This document shows positions 27,214 to 37,405 of a DNA stretch of 64,000 bases, piece after piece. The DNA lies in assembly GCA_965262725.1 (NCBI GenBank), contig OZ253555.1, forward strand, positions 800,001 through 864,000, written 5' to 3'. This DNA comes from Dehalococcoidia bacterium. Its GTDB lineage: Bacteria; Chloroflexota; Dehalococcoidia; UBA2979. The notes below the pieces were generated by a model, which searched no databases, had not been told where the DNA came from, and saw only the letters and a list, made by a program, of their open reading frames with translations. Numbering within the stretch: the stretch's first letter is position 1; each line of letters starts with the position of its first letter. The position numbers and the translations under genes were made by a program.

Positions 27214-28182
27214 ATGGCACGCAACGTGCTGGTGGTGGGAGAACTCGAGGGCGGGGAGATCAACTCCACGACGGCCGAGCTGCTGGGGGCGGCGAGCCGC
27301 CTCGCCGGCGGGGGCAGCGTCTCCGTGACTCTGCTCGGTGAGCAGGCCGGCCCGGCGGCCCCGGGCGCCTTCGCGGCGGGAGCGGGGCGCGCCTTCGTCT
27401 GCGGCGACGGCGCCTACGACGAGTTCCGGCCGGACCAGTGGACGGAGGCCGTGCGCGAGGTCGTGGGGCAGTGCTCCGCGGATGTCGTGCTCATGGCGCA
27501 GTCCAGCGTCGGCCGCGATCTCGGACCCCGCCTCGCTTTCGGGCTCGACACGGCGGTCGGGATGGACTGCATCGCGGTGGAGGACGACGGTGGGGCGCTC
27601 ACGGTGACGCGCCCCTGCTACGGCGGGAACGCGAACGGGACGTACAGTTTCGCGACCGCGCCGGCGATCGCCACGGTCCGCGCGAAGTCACAGGATCCGC
27701 TTGAGCCGCAGGAGGGCGCCTCCGGCGAGATCGTCGAGCTGCCCGCGGCCGGCGGGAGCCGAGCCGAGATCACGGGGCGCGAGGTGGCGGTCGCTGAGGG
27801 GCTGCAGCTGCAGGAGGCGCCGATCGTGGTCTCCGGCGGGCGCGGGCTCGGCGGACCCGAGGGCTTCGGCGTCGTGGAGGAACTGGCGGCGACCATCGGC
27901 ACGGATAAGACGGCGGTCGGCGCTTCGCGCGCCGCCTGCGACCTCGGCTGGTACCCGGTCTCGCAGCAGGTGGGGCTTACCGGCAAGGTCGTGACGCCGG
28001 ATCTCTACATCGCGATCGCGATCTCGGGCGCGAGCCAGCACATGGCCGGCTGCAGCGGCTCCAAGACCATCGTCGCCGTGAACCGCGATCCGGAGGCGAA
28101 CATCTTCAAGGCGTCGCGGTGGGGCATCGTCGGCGACTACAAGGATGTCGTCCCGGCCCTGATCGAGGCGCTAAGGGAGTAG
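27214..28182 (+). CDS. etfA: Electron transfer flavoprotein alpha subunit
   Basis: [31 protein letters not shown] and [11 protein letters not shown]. Confidence 0.95.
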   Translation: MARNVLVVGELEGGEINSTTAELLGAASRLAGGGSVSVTLLGEQAGPAAPGAFAAGAGRAFVCGDGAYDEFRPDQWTEAVREVVGQCSADVVLMAQSSVGRDLGPRLAFGLDTAVGMDCIAVEDDGGALTVTRPCYGGNANGTYSFATAPAIATVRAKSQDPLEPQEGASGEIVELPAAGGSRAEITGREVAVAEGLQLQEAPIVVSGGRGLGGPEGFGVVEELAATIGTDKTAVGASRAACDLGWYPVSQQVGLTGKVVTPDLYIAIAISGASQHMAGCSGSKTIVAVNRDPEANIFKASRWGIVGDYKDVVPALIEALRE

Positions 28183-28351
28183 CCCGGGGGCCCGGGCCCA
28201 CCCCCGTTGACGCCCGGGCCGGCGCGGCCCGGAGCCCCGGACGCCGCCACGGCGCGTCTGGCGGTGCCTCGTGGCGTCGTCTACAATCACATAACACTCT
28301 CGTCCCCGGCCCTGCTGGGTGGTTGTGGGCGTCCTCACCGGGGAGCAGTAG

Positions 28352-28990
28352 ATGACGACGATCGGACTCACCGGCGGCATCGCGTCCGGAAAATCGGCGG
28401 TCGCCGAGCACTTGAAGTCGCTTGGCGCGATCGTGATCGACGCCGACCGGCTCGGTCACCGTGTCTACGAGCCCGGCTCGTCCGGTTTCGAGAAGGTCGT
28501 CAACGCCTTCGGGCACGAGGTTGTCGCTCCGGACGGGACGATCAACCGTCGCGTGCTGGGCGGCAAGGTCTTCGGCGATCCCGCGCAGATGAAGCGTCTC
28601 ACCGATATCAGCTGGCCCGAGATCCAGAGGCTGGCCGACGAGGAGATCGCCGCGTACCGTCAGCGCGACCCCGATGGGGTGATCGTGCTCGAGGCGGCGG
28701 TCTTGATAGAGGCGGAGTGGACGACCCTGGTGGACGAGGTGTGGGTCGTCACCACGACGATCGGGCGTGCCGTCGACAGGCTGCGCAAGCGCAACGGGAT
28801 GTCCGTGGAGGCGGCACGCGCTCGCATCGACTCCCAGATCTCGAACAGGGAGCGGCTGGAGCGCGCCGACATTCGCATCAAGAACACGGAGACGCCCAAG
28901 CGGCTCGAGTCGCGCGTGCTCTACCACTGGCGACGGCTTAAGAAGCGCATCGAGAGGCAGAGCGCCGAGGCCACGCAGGCCGTTCGCTAG
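28352..28990 (+). CDS. coaE: Dephospho-CoA kinase
   Basis: IGLTGGIASGKS, IDADRLGH, INRRVLG and ARIDSQ. Confidence 0.95.
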   Translation: MTTIGLTGGIASGKSAVAEHLKSLGAIVIDADRLGHRVYEPGSSGFEKVVNAFGHEVVAPDGTINRRVLGGKVFGDPAQMKRLTDISWPEIQRLADEEIAAYRQRDPDGVIVLEAAVLIEAEWTTLVDEVWVVTTTIGRAVDRLRKRNGMSVEAARARIDSQISNRERLERADIRIKNTETPKRLESRVLYHWRRLKKRIERQSAEATQAVR

Positions 28991-29082
28991 CGCAACCCCT
29001 CGGGCGGGGCTAGCCTCCGGGCGCGGCGTGACGCAGGGTATCGCGACGTGCGCTGAGGCAGACGGATAGAAGTAGGTCCGGC

Positions 29083-29976
29083 GTGACGATTACACACGAA
29101 GAGATCTCGCAGACGGGGATCGGGGGCGGCTTCCGGCGGCTCGCCGTCGAGGAGTTCCGTCTCACTTCCGAGCCCTACTACCTCCCGATTGGGGACGAGG
29201 TGGCGCTCTTCGAGCACGCCTACCGGGAGAAGATCCCCGTCCTGCTCAAGGGCCCGACGGGCTCGGGCAAGACCCGGTTCGTGGAGTACATGTCGTGGCG
29301 GCTGCACGAGCGAGCGCCGGAGGGGGTGGCGGAGGAGGGGGTTCCCCTGATCACCGTCGCCTGCCACGAGGACCTCACTGCCTCCGACCTGGTCGGGCGC
29401 TACCTGATCGAGGGCAGTGAGACGCGCTGGATCGACGGTCCGATCACGCGCGCCGTGCGGGTGGGAGCGATCTGCTACCTCGACGAAATCGTGGAGGCTC
29501 GCAAGGACACGACCGTCCTGATCCACCCGCTCACGGACTACCGTCGGCTGCTCCCCGTCGAGAAGCGGGGAGAGCTGCTCGAGGCCGCCGACGGCTTCCT
29601 GCTCGTGCTCTCCTACAACCCGGGCTATCAGTCGGCGTTGAAGGATCTCAAGCACTCGACGCGCCAGCGCTTCATCGCGATTGAGTTCACCTACCCACCC
29701 CGCGACCGGGAGGCGGAGATCGTGTGTGTGGAGGCGGGCTGCTCCGCCGACGTCGCCGCCGAGCTCGCGAAGCTCGGTGAGAAGGTGCGCAACCTCAAGG
29801 AGCACGGCCTCGCGGAGGGGGTCTCGACGCGGCTCCTCGTCTACGCGGGGAAGCTGATCGCGCGCGGTATCCCCGCGCGCTTGGCCTGTCAGACGGCAGT
29901 GGTCTGGGCTCTCACGGACGACGTGGAGATCCAGCGATCGATCGAAGAGGTCGTCTCCTCGATCTTCCCGGAGTAG
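29083..29976 (+). CDS. CbbQ/NirQ/NorQ-family AAA+ ATPase
   Basis: [60 protein letters not shown] and EGVSTRLL. Confidence 0.93.
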   Translation: MTITHEEISQTGIGGGFRRLAVEEFRLTSEPYYLPIGDEVALFEHAYREKIPVLLKGPTGSGKTRFVEYMSWRLHERAPEGVAEEGVPLITVACHEDLTASDLVGRYLIEGSETRWIDGPITRAVRVGAICYLDEIVEARKDTTVLIHPLTDYRRLLPVEKRGELLEAADGFLLVLSYNPGYQSALKDLKHSTRQRFIAIEFTYPPRDREAEIVCVEAGCSADVAAELAKLGEKVRNLKEHGLAEGVSTRLLVYAGKLIARGIPARLACQTAVVWALTDDVEIQRSIEEVVSSIFPE

Positions 29977-30001
29977 GTGGTGTTCCGGTGAGGGCACGAC
30001 C

Positions 30002-33000
30002 GTGAGCGTCGCTGCCAGCGTGGTCGCGCGTCACGAGCCGGAGCTGCGCAAGTTCGGGCAGGCGCTGCCGGAGGATCTGGCAGCCGCCGCGACTGCGCTT
30101 GAGGCACGCCTCTCCGCCGAGGACCTCGAGCGGTGGGCGGAGGCGGGCGTCCGGCTGGCCCGCCGCTCGCTGCGCTCGTGGGAGGCGGCCGCGGAGTATT
30201 TCCGCGCCAGCCCCGCCACCGCCGGGAAGCTCACGGCCTCGGAGCTCCTCGCGTGGGGTGAGACCGCCGCCGCGCTTGCCGACCGCTCCTCCCTGGTCGC
30301 CTCCGCCTACCTGCGCGCCACCCCCGGAGTGCTGCTCTCGCTGCCCGCCGCCGACGTGGAGCCGTGGTCGCGCCTCGGCGACCGGCTCTGCCGGGGGAGC
30401 TGGAAGTCGATCGCGCTCGCCACCTCCTTCTACCAGTCGAGCCCGGAGCTCTTGGAATCGCTCACGCTCCGCCAGCTCGGGCGACTGGTCGACATCATCG
30501 AGGCACTGGCCGAGCGCTCCTATGAGCTGGCCACGCGCTGCTTCGAGGCGGCGGCGCCGGTGCTCGCACCCCTTTCGCCCGCCGATCGCGAGCCCTTCCT
30601 GGAGTTCGCCTGGATGCTGACGCGCGCCTCCTGGGCGGACACGCGCATCTATTTCGAGCGTGCGCCGGCCCTGCTCGCCCCGATCGATTCTGCCGAGCGT
30701 GCGGGGTTCCTCGATCTCGCCGCGCAAGTCACCGCGAGCGTCGGCCGGGCCGGCTTCCCCCTCTTCGCCGCGGCGGCCGACGGGCTGCGCAGCGTCGGCC
30801 GGGCGGAGCACCCGCGTCTGCTCGGATTCGCGCACCGTCTCGCCCAGGCCTCGCCGACGGCGGCGATGGAATACCTCAAGTCGGCGCCGGTCGTGCACGA
30901 GCGCCTGACCGCGGAGCAGATGGCGCGATGGAGCGACGTTGGGCTCGAGATCCTCCTCGACCAGCGCAACGTGGAGGGCGCGGAGGCCTTCTTCCGCCTG
31001 GAGTCGGCGCGCGCGGAGAGGCTCCTCGCCTCGCTCTCGGCGCGCGTCGAGCTGACGGCGGTGAGCCCGGTGCTGCGTCTCTACGCGAAGGCGCTGACCG
31101 GCCAGACGATAGCGGTGCATCCGGTGGAGGAGCTCACCGAGAAGGGAATCGGCTGGGTCGCCGGCCAGGCGACGACGGAGGGCACGGCGATCTACCTGCC
31201 GTCGTCGGTTTCGACCTTTCTGGAGCAGCGCGACAACGTCCAGGTCTACAAGGTCTTCGCCACGCACCAGACGGGCCGCATCGAGTTTGGCTCGTTTGGC
31301 TACCGCCACGGCGACCCTGGAGCGCACACACCGCCGCTCGAGCTCTTCGCCGCGTCCCCCCCGCCCGATGCGGACGGCGGAGAGCGCCCCGACGGGGGTC
31401 GAGCCGCGCCGATCACGGAGATGCAGCGCCTCTACGACGGCTTCTCGGACCGATCGCTCATCTCGGCGCTCTTCACCGTCGTCGAGGACACTCGGGTCGA
31501 TGCGTACACGGCGCGCGAGTACGGGGGTATACGAAGCTGGCTGCGGCGCGTGCAGGAACAGGCGGCCGCGGACCGCCCCGACGCGCGGTCGATGCCGCTC
31601 CGGAGCGCCTACGTCGAAGCGCTGGTGCGTGCCTCGCTCGGGAGCCCCGAGGGCATCGAGTGGCCGGCGACGCACCGGCAGTCTTTGGCACACGGCCTTG
31701 CGGCGCTGCGGGTCGTGGAGCAGCCGGGAGCCACCGTGCAGGACTCCGCGGCGGTCGCCGCGGCGATCTACCGGCTCGCCGCGGCGCTCCCCAACGAGCG
31801 CCTCGGCGGCGAGGAGGAGTGGGTCGCGCCCGACGAGGAGATGCTGACGGTCGCGCCGGCGATGCCCGGGGGTGACGGCGCCGACGGCGCGCCGCAGGCA
31901 GCGCCGGAGGGGGAGGCCTTCGAGAGCCCGCCCCAGCCCGAGTTCCGCGGCGACTTCAAGCCGGAGCTCGTCCAGCTCCTGATGCGCCTCCGAGAGGGTG
32001 CGGGCGAGGGGGAGGGGGACGGTCGCGGCACCCCGCTCACCGCCGAGCAGCTGCAGGAGTTGCTCGAGAACTCGACCGAGATCCTGATCTCGGAGATGGC
32101 CGATGGGGATCTCGCCTCCACCGTGAGCCTCTTCCTCACCAATCTCGAGCGGGAGACCAGCCTCCCCTCGGGCGGACGGGAGTCGCCGGTGCGCGAGCGT
32201 GGAGGCGACTCCTCCGGCGAGGACGAGGAGCCGCCGCCGGAGGAGCCCACCGCCCCTGCGATCGAGTACTTCCAGTACGACGAGTGGGACTTCCGGGCCG
32301 GCGACTATCGCCCGCGCTGGTGCACCGTGGTGCAGCGTCCCTACGAGGAGGGCGAGATCGACTTCTACGAGGAGACGCTGATTCGTCACCACGGTCTGGT
32401 CACGGAGACGCGCCGGCAGTTCGAGCTCATGCGGCCCGAGTCCTTCCGCAAGATCAAGCGGCTCGAGGACGGCGAGGAGATCGACCTCGACCAGGCGATC
32501 GAGTTCCTCGTCGACAAGCGGGCCGGCGCCGGCCCGCTCGCCCGCTTCTACTACCGGCGCAACAAGGTCGAGCGGGATGTCGCGGTCTCGTTCCTGCTCG
32601 ACATGTCGGCGTCGACGGACGAGGAGATCGACAAGCAACGGAAGAAGTACGACGAGGAGGACGACTTCGACGGCGATCCCGCGAAGTACTTCCAGTGGCT
32701 GGCGCAGCGCCGATCGCTCCGCGCCGCCGACCCGCCGAAGCGGATCGTCGACCTCGAGAAGGAGTCGGCGGTCCTGCTGGTGGAGGCGCTAGAGGCTATA
32801 GGCGACTCATACGGCATCTACGGCTTCTCCGGCTACGGGCGCGAGAACGTCGAGTTCTACGTGGTGAAGGATCTCGACGAGCCGTTCAGCGACCGGGTCC
32901 GCCGCCGCATCGCAAAGATCGAGCCCGTCCGCTCCACGCGCATGGGACCGGCGATCCGCCACGCCACGTACAAGCTCACGCTCCACGAGGCGAAGGTGCG

Positions 33001-33268
33001 CATCCTCGTCCTAGTCTCGGACGGGCGTCCCCAGGATCATGGCTACGGCCGCGATCGCACCGAGAAGGAGTACGCCGTCCACGACACCAAGCAGGCCCTG
33101 CTGGAGGCCCGTCGCGCCGGCATCACGCCGTTCCTGATCACGGTCGACAAGGACGGGCACGACTACCTGAAGCAGATGTGCGACGACATCGGTTACGAGG
33201 TCGTCACCGACATCGAGCAGCTCCCGCGTCGTCTCACGACGCTCTACCGGGTCCTCGCCGGCGACTGA
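30002..33268 (+). CDS. NorD/CbbO-like VWA protein with long N-terminal helical repeats
   Basis: EDTRVD, YDEWDFR, MIDAS motif LLDMSAST, STRMGPAIRHA and SDGRPQD. About seven 36-40-aa repeats in the N-terminal third. Confidence 0.9.
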   Translation: MSVAASVVARHEPELRKFGQALPEDLAAAATALEARLSAEDLERWAEAGVRLARRSLRSWEAAAEYFRASPATAGKLTASELLAWGETAAALADRSSLVASAYLRATPGVLLSLPAADVEPWSRLGDRLCRGSWKSIALATSFYQSSPELLESLTLRQLGRLVDIIEALAERSYELATRCFEAAAPVLAPLSPADREPFLEFAWMLTRASWADTRIYFERAPALLAPIDSAERAGFLDLAAQVTASVGRAGFPLFAAAADGLRSVGRAEHPRLLGFAHRLAQASPTAAMEYLKSAPVVHERLTAEQMARWSDVGLEILLDQRNVEGAEAFFRLESARAERLLASLSARVELTAVSPVLRLYAKALTGQTIAVHPVEELTEKGIGWVAGQATTEGTAIYLPSSVSTFLEQRDNVQVYKVFATHQTGRIEFGSFGYRHGDPGAHTPPLELFAASPPPDADGGERPDGGRAAPITEMQRLYDGFSDRSLISALFTVVEDTRVDAYTAREYGGIRSWLRRVQEQAAADRPDARSMPLRSAYVEALVRASLGSPEGIEWPATHRQSLAHGLAALRVVEQPGATVQDSAAVAAAIYRLAAALPNERLGGEEEWVAPDEEMLTVAPAMPGGDGADGAPQAAPEGEAFESPPQPEFRGDFKPELVQLLMRLREGAGEGEGDGRGTPLTAEQLQELLENSTEILISEMADGDLASTVSLFLTNLERETSLPSGGRESPVRERGGDSSGEDEEPPPEEPTAPAIEYFQYDEWDFRAGDYRPRWCTVVQRPYEEGEIDFYEETLIRHHGLVTETRRQFELMRPESFRKIKRLEDGEEIDLDQAIEFLVDKRAGAGPLARFYYRRNKVERDVAVSFLLDMSASTDEEIDKQRKKYDEEDDFDGDPAKYFQWLAQRRSLRAADPPKRIVDLEKESAVLLVEALEAIGDSYGIYGFSGYGRENVEFYVVKDLDEPFSDRVRRRIAKIEPVRSTRMGPAIRHATYKLTLHEAKVRILVLVSDGRPQDHGYGRDRTEKEYAVHDTKQALLEARRAGITPFLITVDKDGHDYLKQMCDDIGYEVVTDIEQLPRRLTTLYRVLAGD

Positions 33269-33292
33269 GCCGCCTGGACCGCGCCGCCCGGG

Positions 33293-34315
33293 TCAGCGCG
33301 CGTCGCCGCCCTCGGCGGACGCGAAGCGCCAGGGCCCGTCATCCTCCTCCTCGCGCCGGACCACGCCCTCCTGCACGCCGACATCGAGATGGCCGATCAC
33401 CTCCGTCATCGCCTGGCCGACGCGCTCCTCCGGGAGGCGCGGGAAGAGCCTGCGCGCGAGCTCGTAGGCGGTGGCGGGCCCGCGCGTCAGGGCGGTTCCG
33501 AGCTGGCGCTGCCGGCGGTGGCAGTGGGCGAGGAACCTTCGGGCCTCCGCGGCGGGGTCGAGCGGCCCGTCGTCGGTCCTGTGGTCGTGGGCTGGGAGGA
33601 GCCGCGTCAGCGGGAGGCTTCCGACCCACTCGACGGAGCGGATATACGGGGGGAGCGACGGCCAGCGCGGCGTTCCCGTGCTCGAGTGGAAGTGCAGCCC
33701 GGCCGAGGGGATGCGGCCTGGGAGCAGCGTGTCACCGCCGTAGAACTCCCCCGTCTCCTCCACGATCGCGCCGAGGTTGCCCGGGGTGTGGCCGGCGGCG
33801 GCGACGATGCGCAGCGAGCTCTCCCCCTTCGGCCCCTCGATCGGGAAGACGTGGTCGCCGACGGTGGGAGCGACCGAGCCCCACGGCGCGCCCTTCCAGC
33901 GTAGCGTGGTCGAGCGTTCGCGCCGGATCTCCTCGAGGCGCGCGATGCTTGAGGGCGGGCAGCCGTGGCGGCGCAACTCCTCGCGTCCGCGGCGCGCCTG
34001 GTGCTCGCGCCAGCCGTCGCCCGAGGTCAGGGCGGTCATGTCGGGGGCAAGGGCGAAGATGCGCGCGCCCGCCTCCGCCCAGCGGTGCGCGAGTCCGGCG
34101 TGGTCGGCGTGGCCGTGGGTGACGATCACCGCGCGCACCTGCTCCGGCGCGAAGCCGAGCGCGTACCCTTGCCCGGCGGCCTCCTCCCAGGCGCCCTCGT
34201 AGTCGGGCCCCGCGTCCAGCAGCAGTCGCCCCCCGCCGACCCGATCGGCGACGCGGAAGGAGTAGATGCGGTTCGAGCGCAGCGAGATCACGTCCGCGGT
34301 GGTCGGGGCTGGCAT
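33293..34315 (-). CDS. Metallo-beta-lactamase-fold hydrolase with C-terminal winged-helix-like region
   Basis: LLDAG, THGHADHAG, GHTPG, GDTLL and PAH. Confidence 0.85.
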   Translation of the reverse strand: MPAPTTADVISLRSNRIYSFRVADRVGGGRLLLDAGPDYEGAWEEAAGQGYALGFAPEQVRAVIVTHGHADHAGLAHRWAEAGARIFALAPDMTALTSGDGWREHQARRGREELRRHGCPPSSIARLEEIRRERSTTLRWKGAPWGSVAPTVGDHVFPIEGPKGESSLRIVAAAGHTPGNLGAIVEETGEFYGGDTLLPGRIPSAGLHFHSSTGTPRWPSLPPYIRSVEWVGSLPLTRLLPAHDHRTDDGPLDPAAEARRFLAHCHRRQRQLGTALTRGPATAYELARRLFPRLPEERVGQAMTEVIGHLDVGVQEGVVRREEEDDGPWRFASAEGGDAR

Positions 34316-34399
34316 CGACGGCTCCTCGCTCGCTGGCCGCCCGGTCGAGATGCCGCCGGGCCCGCGGCGTCCCGATAGTAGCGGCTCCCGTGCCGCGGC

Positions 34400-35668
34400 C
34401 TACGCCCGGCGCTCGCCGCTCGTCCGGGGGTCGACGCCTGAGCTCAGTCCTAGCAGGTGACGCCTCAGCATCGAAAGTACCTGCTGCTGCACCCGTCGCT
34501 TCGTCGCCACGCGGCCCTGGTAGTAGCGCCAGTACGCGTACTCGACGGCGGCGTCGTGCGCGAGCGCGATGTGCATCGTCCCCGGCGGCTGCCCCTCGAC
34601 GGGGCTGCCCCCGGCGATGCCGGTGATGCCCACGCCGATGTCGGCCTGAAGCGTCCGGCGGACCGTCGCCGCCATCGCCTCGGCCGTCTCACGCGAGATC
34701 ACCCCGTGGCGCTCCACGACCTCGGCCGGGACCCCCATCTGGACCTTCGCGCCGGTGGCGTAGGTCACCAGTCCCCCGCGGAAGTAGTCGGACGAGCCGT
34801 CGACGTCGGTGATGGCGTCGGAGACCGCCCCGCCCGTCGCCGACTCCATCACCGCGAGCGTGAGGTCCCGGTCCCGGAGCAGCCGGCCGACGGCGGCCGA
34901 GAGCGACTCGTCGTCGACGCCCCAGACGTAGGGGCCGAGCAGCCGCCTGGCCTCGGCCTCCACCGGCGCGATGAGCGCCTCCGCCTCATCGCGCGTCGAC
35001 GCCTTCGCGGCGAGGCGGGCATGGACGCCGTCGTGGCGGTGGTAGACGCCGATCGAGGGGTTCGCGGATGCGAGCAGCGGCGAGAGCAGCTCGTCGACGG
35101 CGGACTCGCCGAGCTCGGTGGTCTTCAGCGTGCGGCTGACCAGCACCGCGCTCGACCGTCGGTCGAGCGCGGGTGCGACCTCGTGCTCCCACATGCGCGT
35201 CATCTCGGCCGGCGGCCCGGGCATGACCACCATTGCGCGGCCGTCGCGCTCCACCCACCACCCGGGCGCTGTGCCGCGGGGGTTCGGGATCGCACGCGCG
35301 GAGGGTATGAGGTGCGCCTGCTTGAGGTTGCGCGCGGGCATCGGCCGGTCCCGGCCGCGCCAGAAGGATCCCAGGATGCGCTCCTGCTCGGGATCGGCAC
35401 GAAGCGTCTCGCCGAGGACGGAGGCCACCGTCTCCCTGGTGATGTCGTCCTCGGTGGGGCCGAGACCGCCGGTCGTGAAGACGATGTCGGAGCGCCCCCA
35501 CGCGCGCGCGAGCACGTCCCCGAGCCGCTCCACGTTATCGCCGACCTGCGTGACGTAGTTGAGATCGATCCCGAGGGCGGGAAGCCGGCCGGCGATGAAG
35601 GCGGCGTTGGTATCTGTGATCTCGCCGAGCAGGATCTCGGTGCCGATCGAGACGATCTCGGCGCGCAC
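34400..35668 (-). CDS. cinA: Competence/damage-inducible protein CinA (MoCF-like plus PncC domain)
   Basis: Start VRAEIVSIGTEILLG, then DTNA, VGDN, TGGLGPTEDDIT, PGPPAEM, ESATGG and TGIAG. Confidence 0.93.
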   Translation of the reverse strand: MRAEIVSIGTEILLGEITDTNAAFIAGRLPALGIDLNYVTQVGDNVERLGDVLARAWGRSDIVFTTGGLGPTEDDITRETVASVLGETLRADPEQERILGSFWRGRDRPMPARNLKQAHLIPSARAIPNPRGTAPGWWVERDGRAMVVMPGPPAEMTRMWEHEVAPALDRRSSAVLVSRTLKTTELGESAVDELLSPLLASANPSIGVYHRHDGVHARLAAKASTRDEAEALIAPVEAEARRLLGPYVWGVDDESLSAAVGRLLRDRDLTLAVMESATGGAVSDAITDVDGSSDYFRGGLVTYATGAKVQMGVPAEVVERHGVISRETAEAMAATVRRTLQADIGVGITGIAGGSPVEGQPPGTMHIALAHDAAVEYAYWRYYQGRVATKRRVQQQVLSMLRRHLLGLSSGVDPRTSGERRA

Positions 35669-35724
35669 GCGGCCCCCGTCGGTCCTACCGGCGCCGCCCG
35701 CTCCCGGCGGGCGTGCGGGGGCCA

Positions 35725-36228
35725 TTATGCGGGGCGAGCATGCTCCTGCGGGCGCGCGGGACCTGCGCCGGGAGGAAGCGCCGCCCGCAACGCTCGGATG
35801 GCCGTGCGCTCCTGCTCGATTCGATCGGCGAGCAGGTCGTTGGCGCTCATCGCCTCGCTCCCCTCCACCTCGATCGGCCGATCGAGCAGGCGGGCGTGGG
35901 CTCGGAGCGCCGTCTCCGCCTCGGCGTGCGTCTCCTCAAGCAGCCTCTGAAGACCCTCCCGCCGGAGCATGTGCGCGCCGTACATGATCTCGCCGCGCAG
36001 CCGCCTGAGATGAAAGCGCGCAGCCGCCTGAGGCTCCGCCGCGAACGAGCCGAGCACGTGGGCGAGCACGCGATCGGCCGCCGCCACCGCGCCCAGCGCG
36101 TGCCGGAGCGTCCACCCCTCGCGGCCGACGGGGCGGTTCAGCCGCGTCTCCGTGATCGCGCCGAGCAGCGAGAGTAGCTCGCCGCGATCGGCCGCCTCCG
36201 TGATCTGCTCCCCGGCTCGCCCGTCCAT
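35725..36228 (-). CDS. DinB/mycothiol-dependent-isomerase-like helical protein
   Basis: RGELLSLL...LNRP..EGWTLRHAL pattern. TAGCGT lies 7 nt before ATG 36228. Confidence 0.55.
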   Translation of the reverse strand: MDGRAGEQITEAADRGELLSLLGAITETRLNRPVGREGWTLRHALGAVAAADRVLAHVLGSFAAEPQAAARFHLRRLRGEIMYGAHMLRREGLQRLLEETHAEAETALRAHARLLDRPIEVEGSEAMSANDLLADRIEQERTAIRALRAALPPGAGPARPQEHARPA

Positions 36229-36353
36229 GCGGGCGACGCTAGCTGCCGTGTGGTCGCCCGGCAAGCCCGCGCCGGGCGGGCCCGCACGGGCGATGGCGGT
36301 GCGCTATCCTCCAGCCGGTCCCACTCCGCGGGAACGAACGCCGTGAGGGTGCC

Positions 36354-37400
36354 GTGCAGGAACCGACCGCCGCCAGGAGCCGAGGGTCGGCCCCGATCTC
36401 GCCCGCCGCTGGAGCCGCCGGGGCGGGGGGGGCCGCCGCCGCCGCCGCGATCGCCCGCACCGCCGACATCGTTCGACAGAACGTCGGGCGCGTCGTCGTC
36501 GGAGCGGAGGAGACCCTCTCCCTTGTGATGGTGGCGCTCCTCACAGGTGGCCACGTCCTGATCGAGGACGTGCCGGGGACCGGGAAGACGACGCTCGCGC
36601 GCGCCGTGGCGCGGTCGCTCGGGGCGAGCTTCAGTCGCATCCAGTTCACGCCGGACCTGATGCCCTCCGACATCGTCGGCATCAACTACTACTCGCAGAA
36701 AAGCGGCGATTTCGAGTACCGACCCGGGCCGCTGCACGCGAACGTGGTCCTCGCCGACGAGATCAACCGTGCGACGCCGCGGACGCAATCGGCCCTGCTC
36801 GAGGCGATGCAGGAGCACACGGTGACGGTCGACGGCGACACACGTGCGCTGCCGCAGCCCTTCGTGGTGATGGCCACGCAGAATCCGGTGGAGCTCGAGG
36901 GCACCTTCCCGCTGCCCGAGGCGCAGCTCGATCGCTTCCTACTCCGGCTGCGCATCGGCTACCCCGACGACGACGGTGAGCTCGAGATACTTCGTCGCTT
37001 CCGCGAGCGCTCGCCGCTCGACACGCTCTCCCCCGTGCTCAAGGCGGAGGAGCTCCGTGCGCTCTCTCAGCGGCTGCCTCTGATCCACGTCGAAGACGAT
37101 GTCGCGCGCTACATCACCCGGATCTGTCGCGCCACGCGCGAGCACGAGGCATTCGAGCTCGGCGCCAGCCCGCGCGCCTCGCTCGCGCTGTTCGAGGCCG
37201 CTCGCGCCCGCGCCGCGATCGCGGGTCGCGACTTCGTGAGGCCGGACGACGTCAAGGCACTGGTGCACCCGGTCCTGGCCCACCGCGTCCTGCTCTCCTC
37301 GCAGACGCGGCTGCGGGGGGGATCCGTCGACGACGTCCTCGATGACATCCTGCGCGAACTGCCAGTGCCCGTCGTGGACGCGGAAGCGGGTCGAGGCTAG
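36354..37400 (+). CDS. moxR: MoxR-proper AAA+ ATPase
   Basis: HVLIEDVPGTGKT, RIQFTPDLMPSD, LADEINRA, ATQNPVE, LPEAQLDRF and GASPRA. Confidence 0.93.
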   Translation: MQEPTAARSRGSAPISPAAGAAGAGGAAAAAAIARTADIVRQNVGRVVVGAEETLSLVMVALLTGGHVLIEDVPGTGKTTLARAVARSLGASFSRIQFTPDLMPSDIVGINYYSQKSGDFEYRPGPLHANVVLADEINRATPRTQSALLEAMQEHTVTVDGDTRALPQPFVVMATQNPVELEGTFPLPEAQLDRFLLRLRIGYPDDDGELEILRRFRERSPLDTLSPVLKAEELRALSQRLPLIHVEDDVARYITRICRATREHEAFELGASPRASLALFEAARARAAIAGRDFVRPDDVKALVHPVLAHRVLLSSQTRLRGGSVDDVLDDILRELPVPVVDAEAGRG

Positions 37401-37405
37401 GGCGC

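Noticed and set aside
28183-28351. Possible CoA-related riboswitch upstream of coaE
   Set aside because: Only a TACAAT -10-like motif and a weak stem were seen, with no known aptamer consensus.
29912-32638. 908-aa minus-strand ORF
   Set aside because: Antisense shadow of the VWA gene.
29083-33268. Calling the pair a Rubisco activase (cbbQO) or NO-reductase assembly factors (norQD)
   Set aside because: No cbbL/cbbM or norBC in the window, so the client cannot be assigned and no gene symbols are given.
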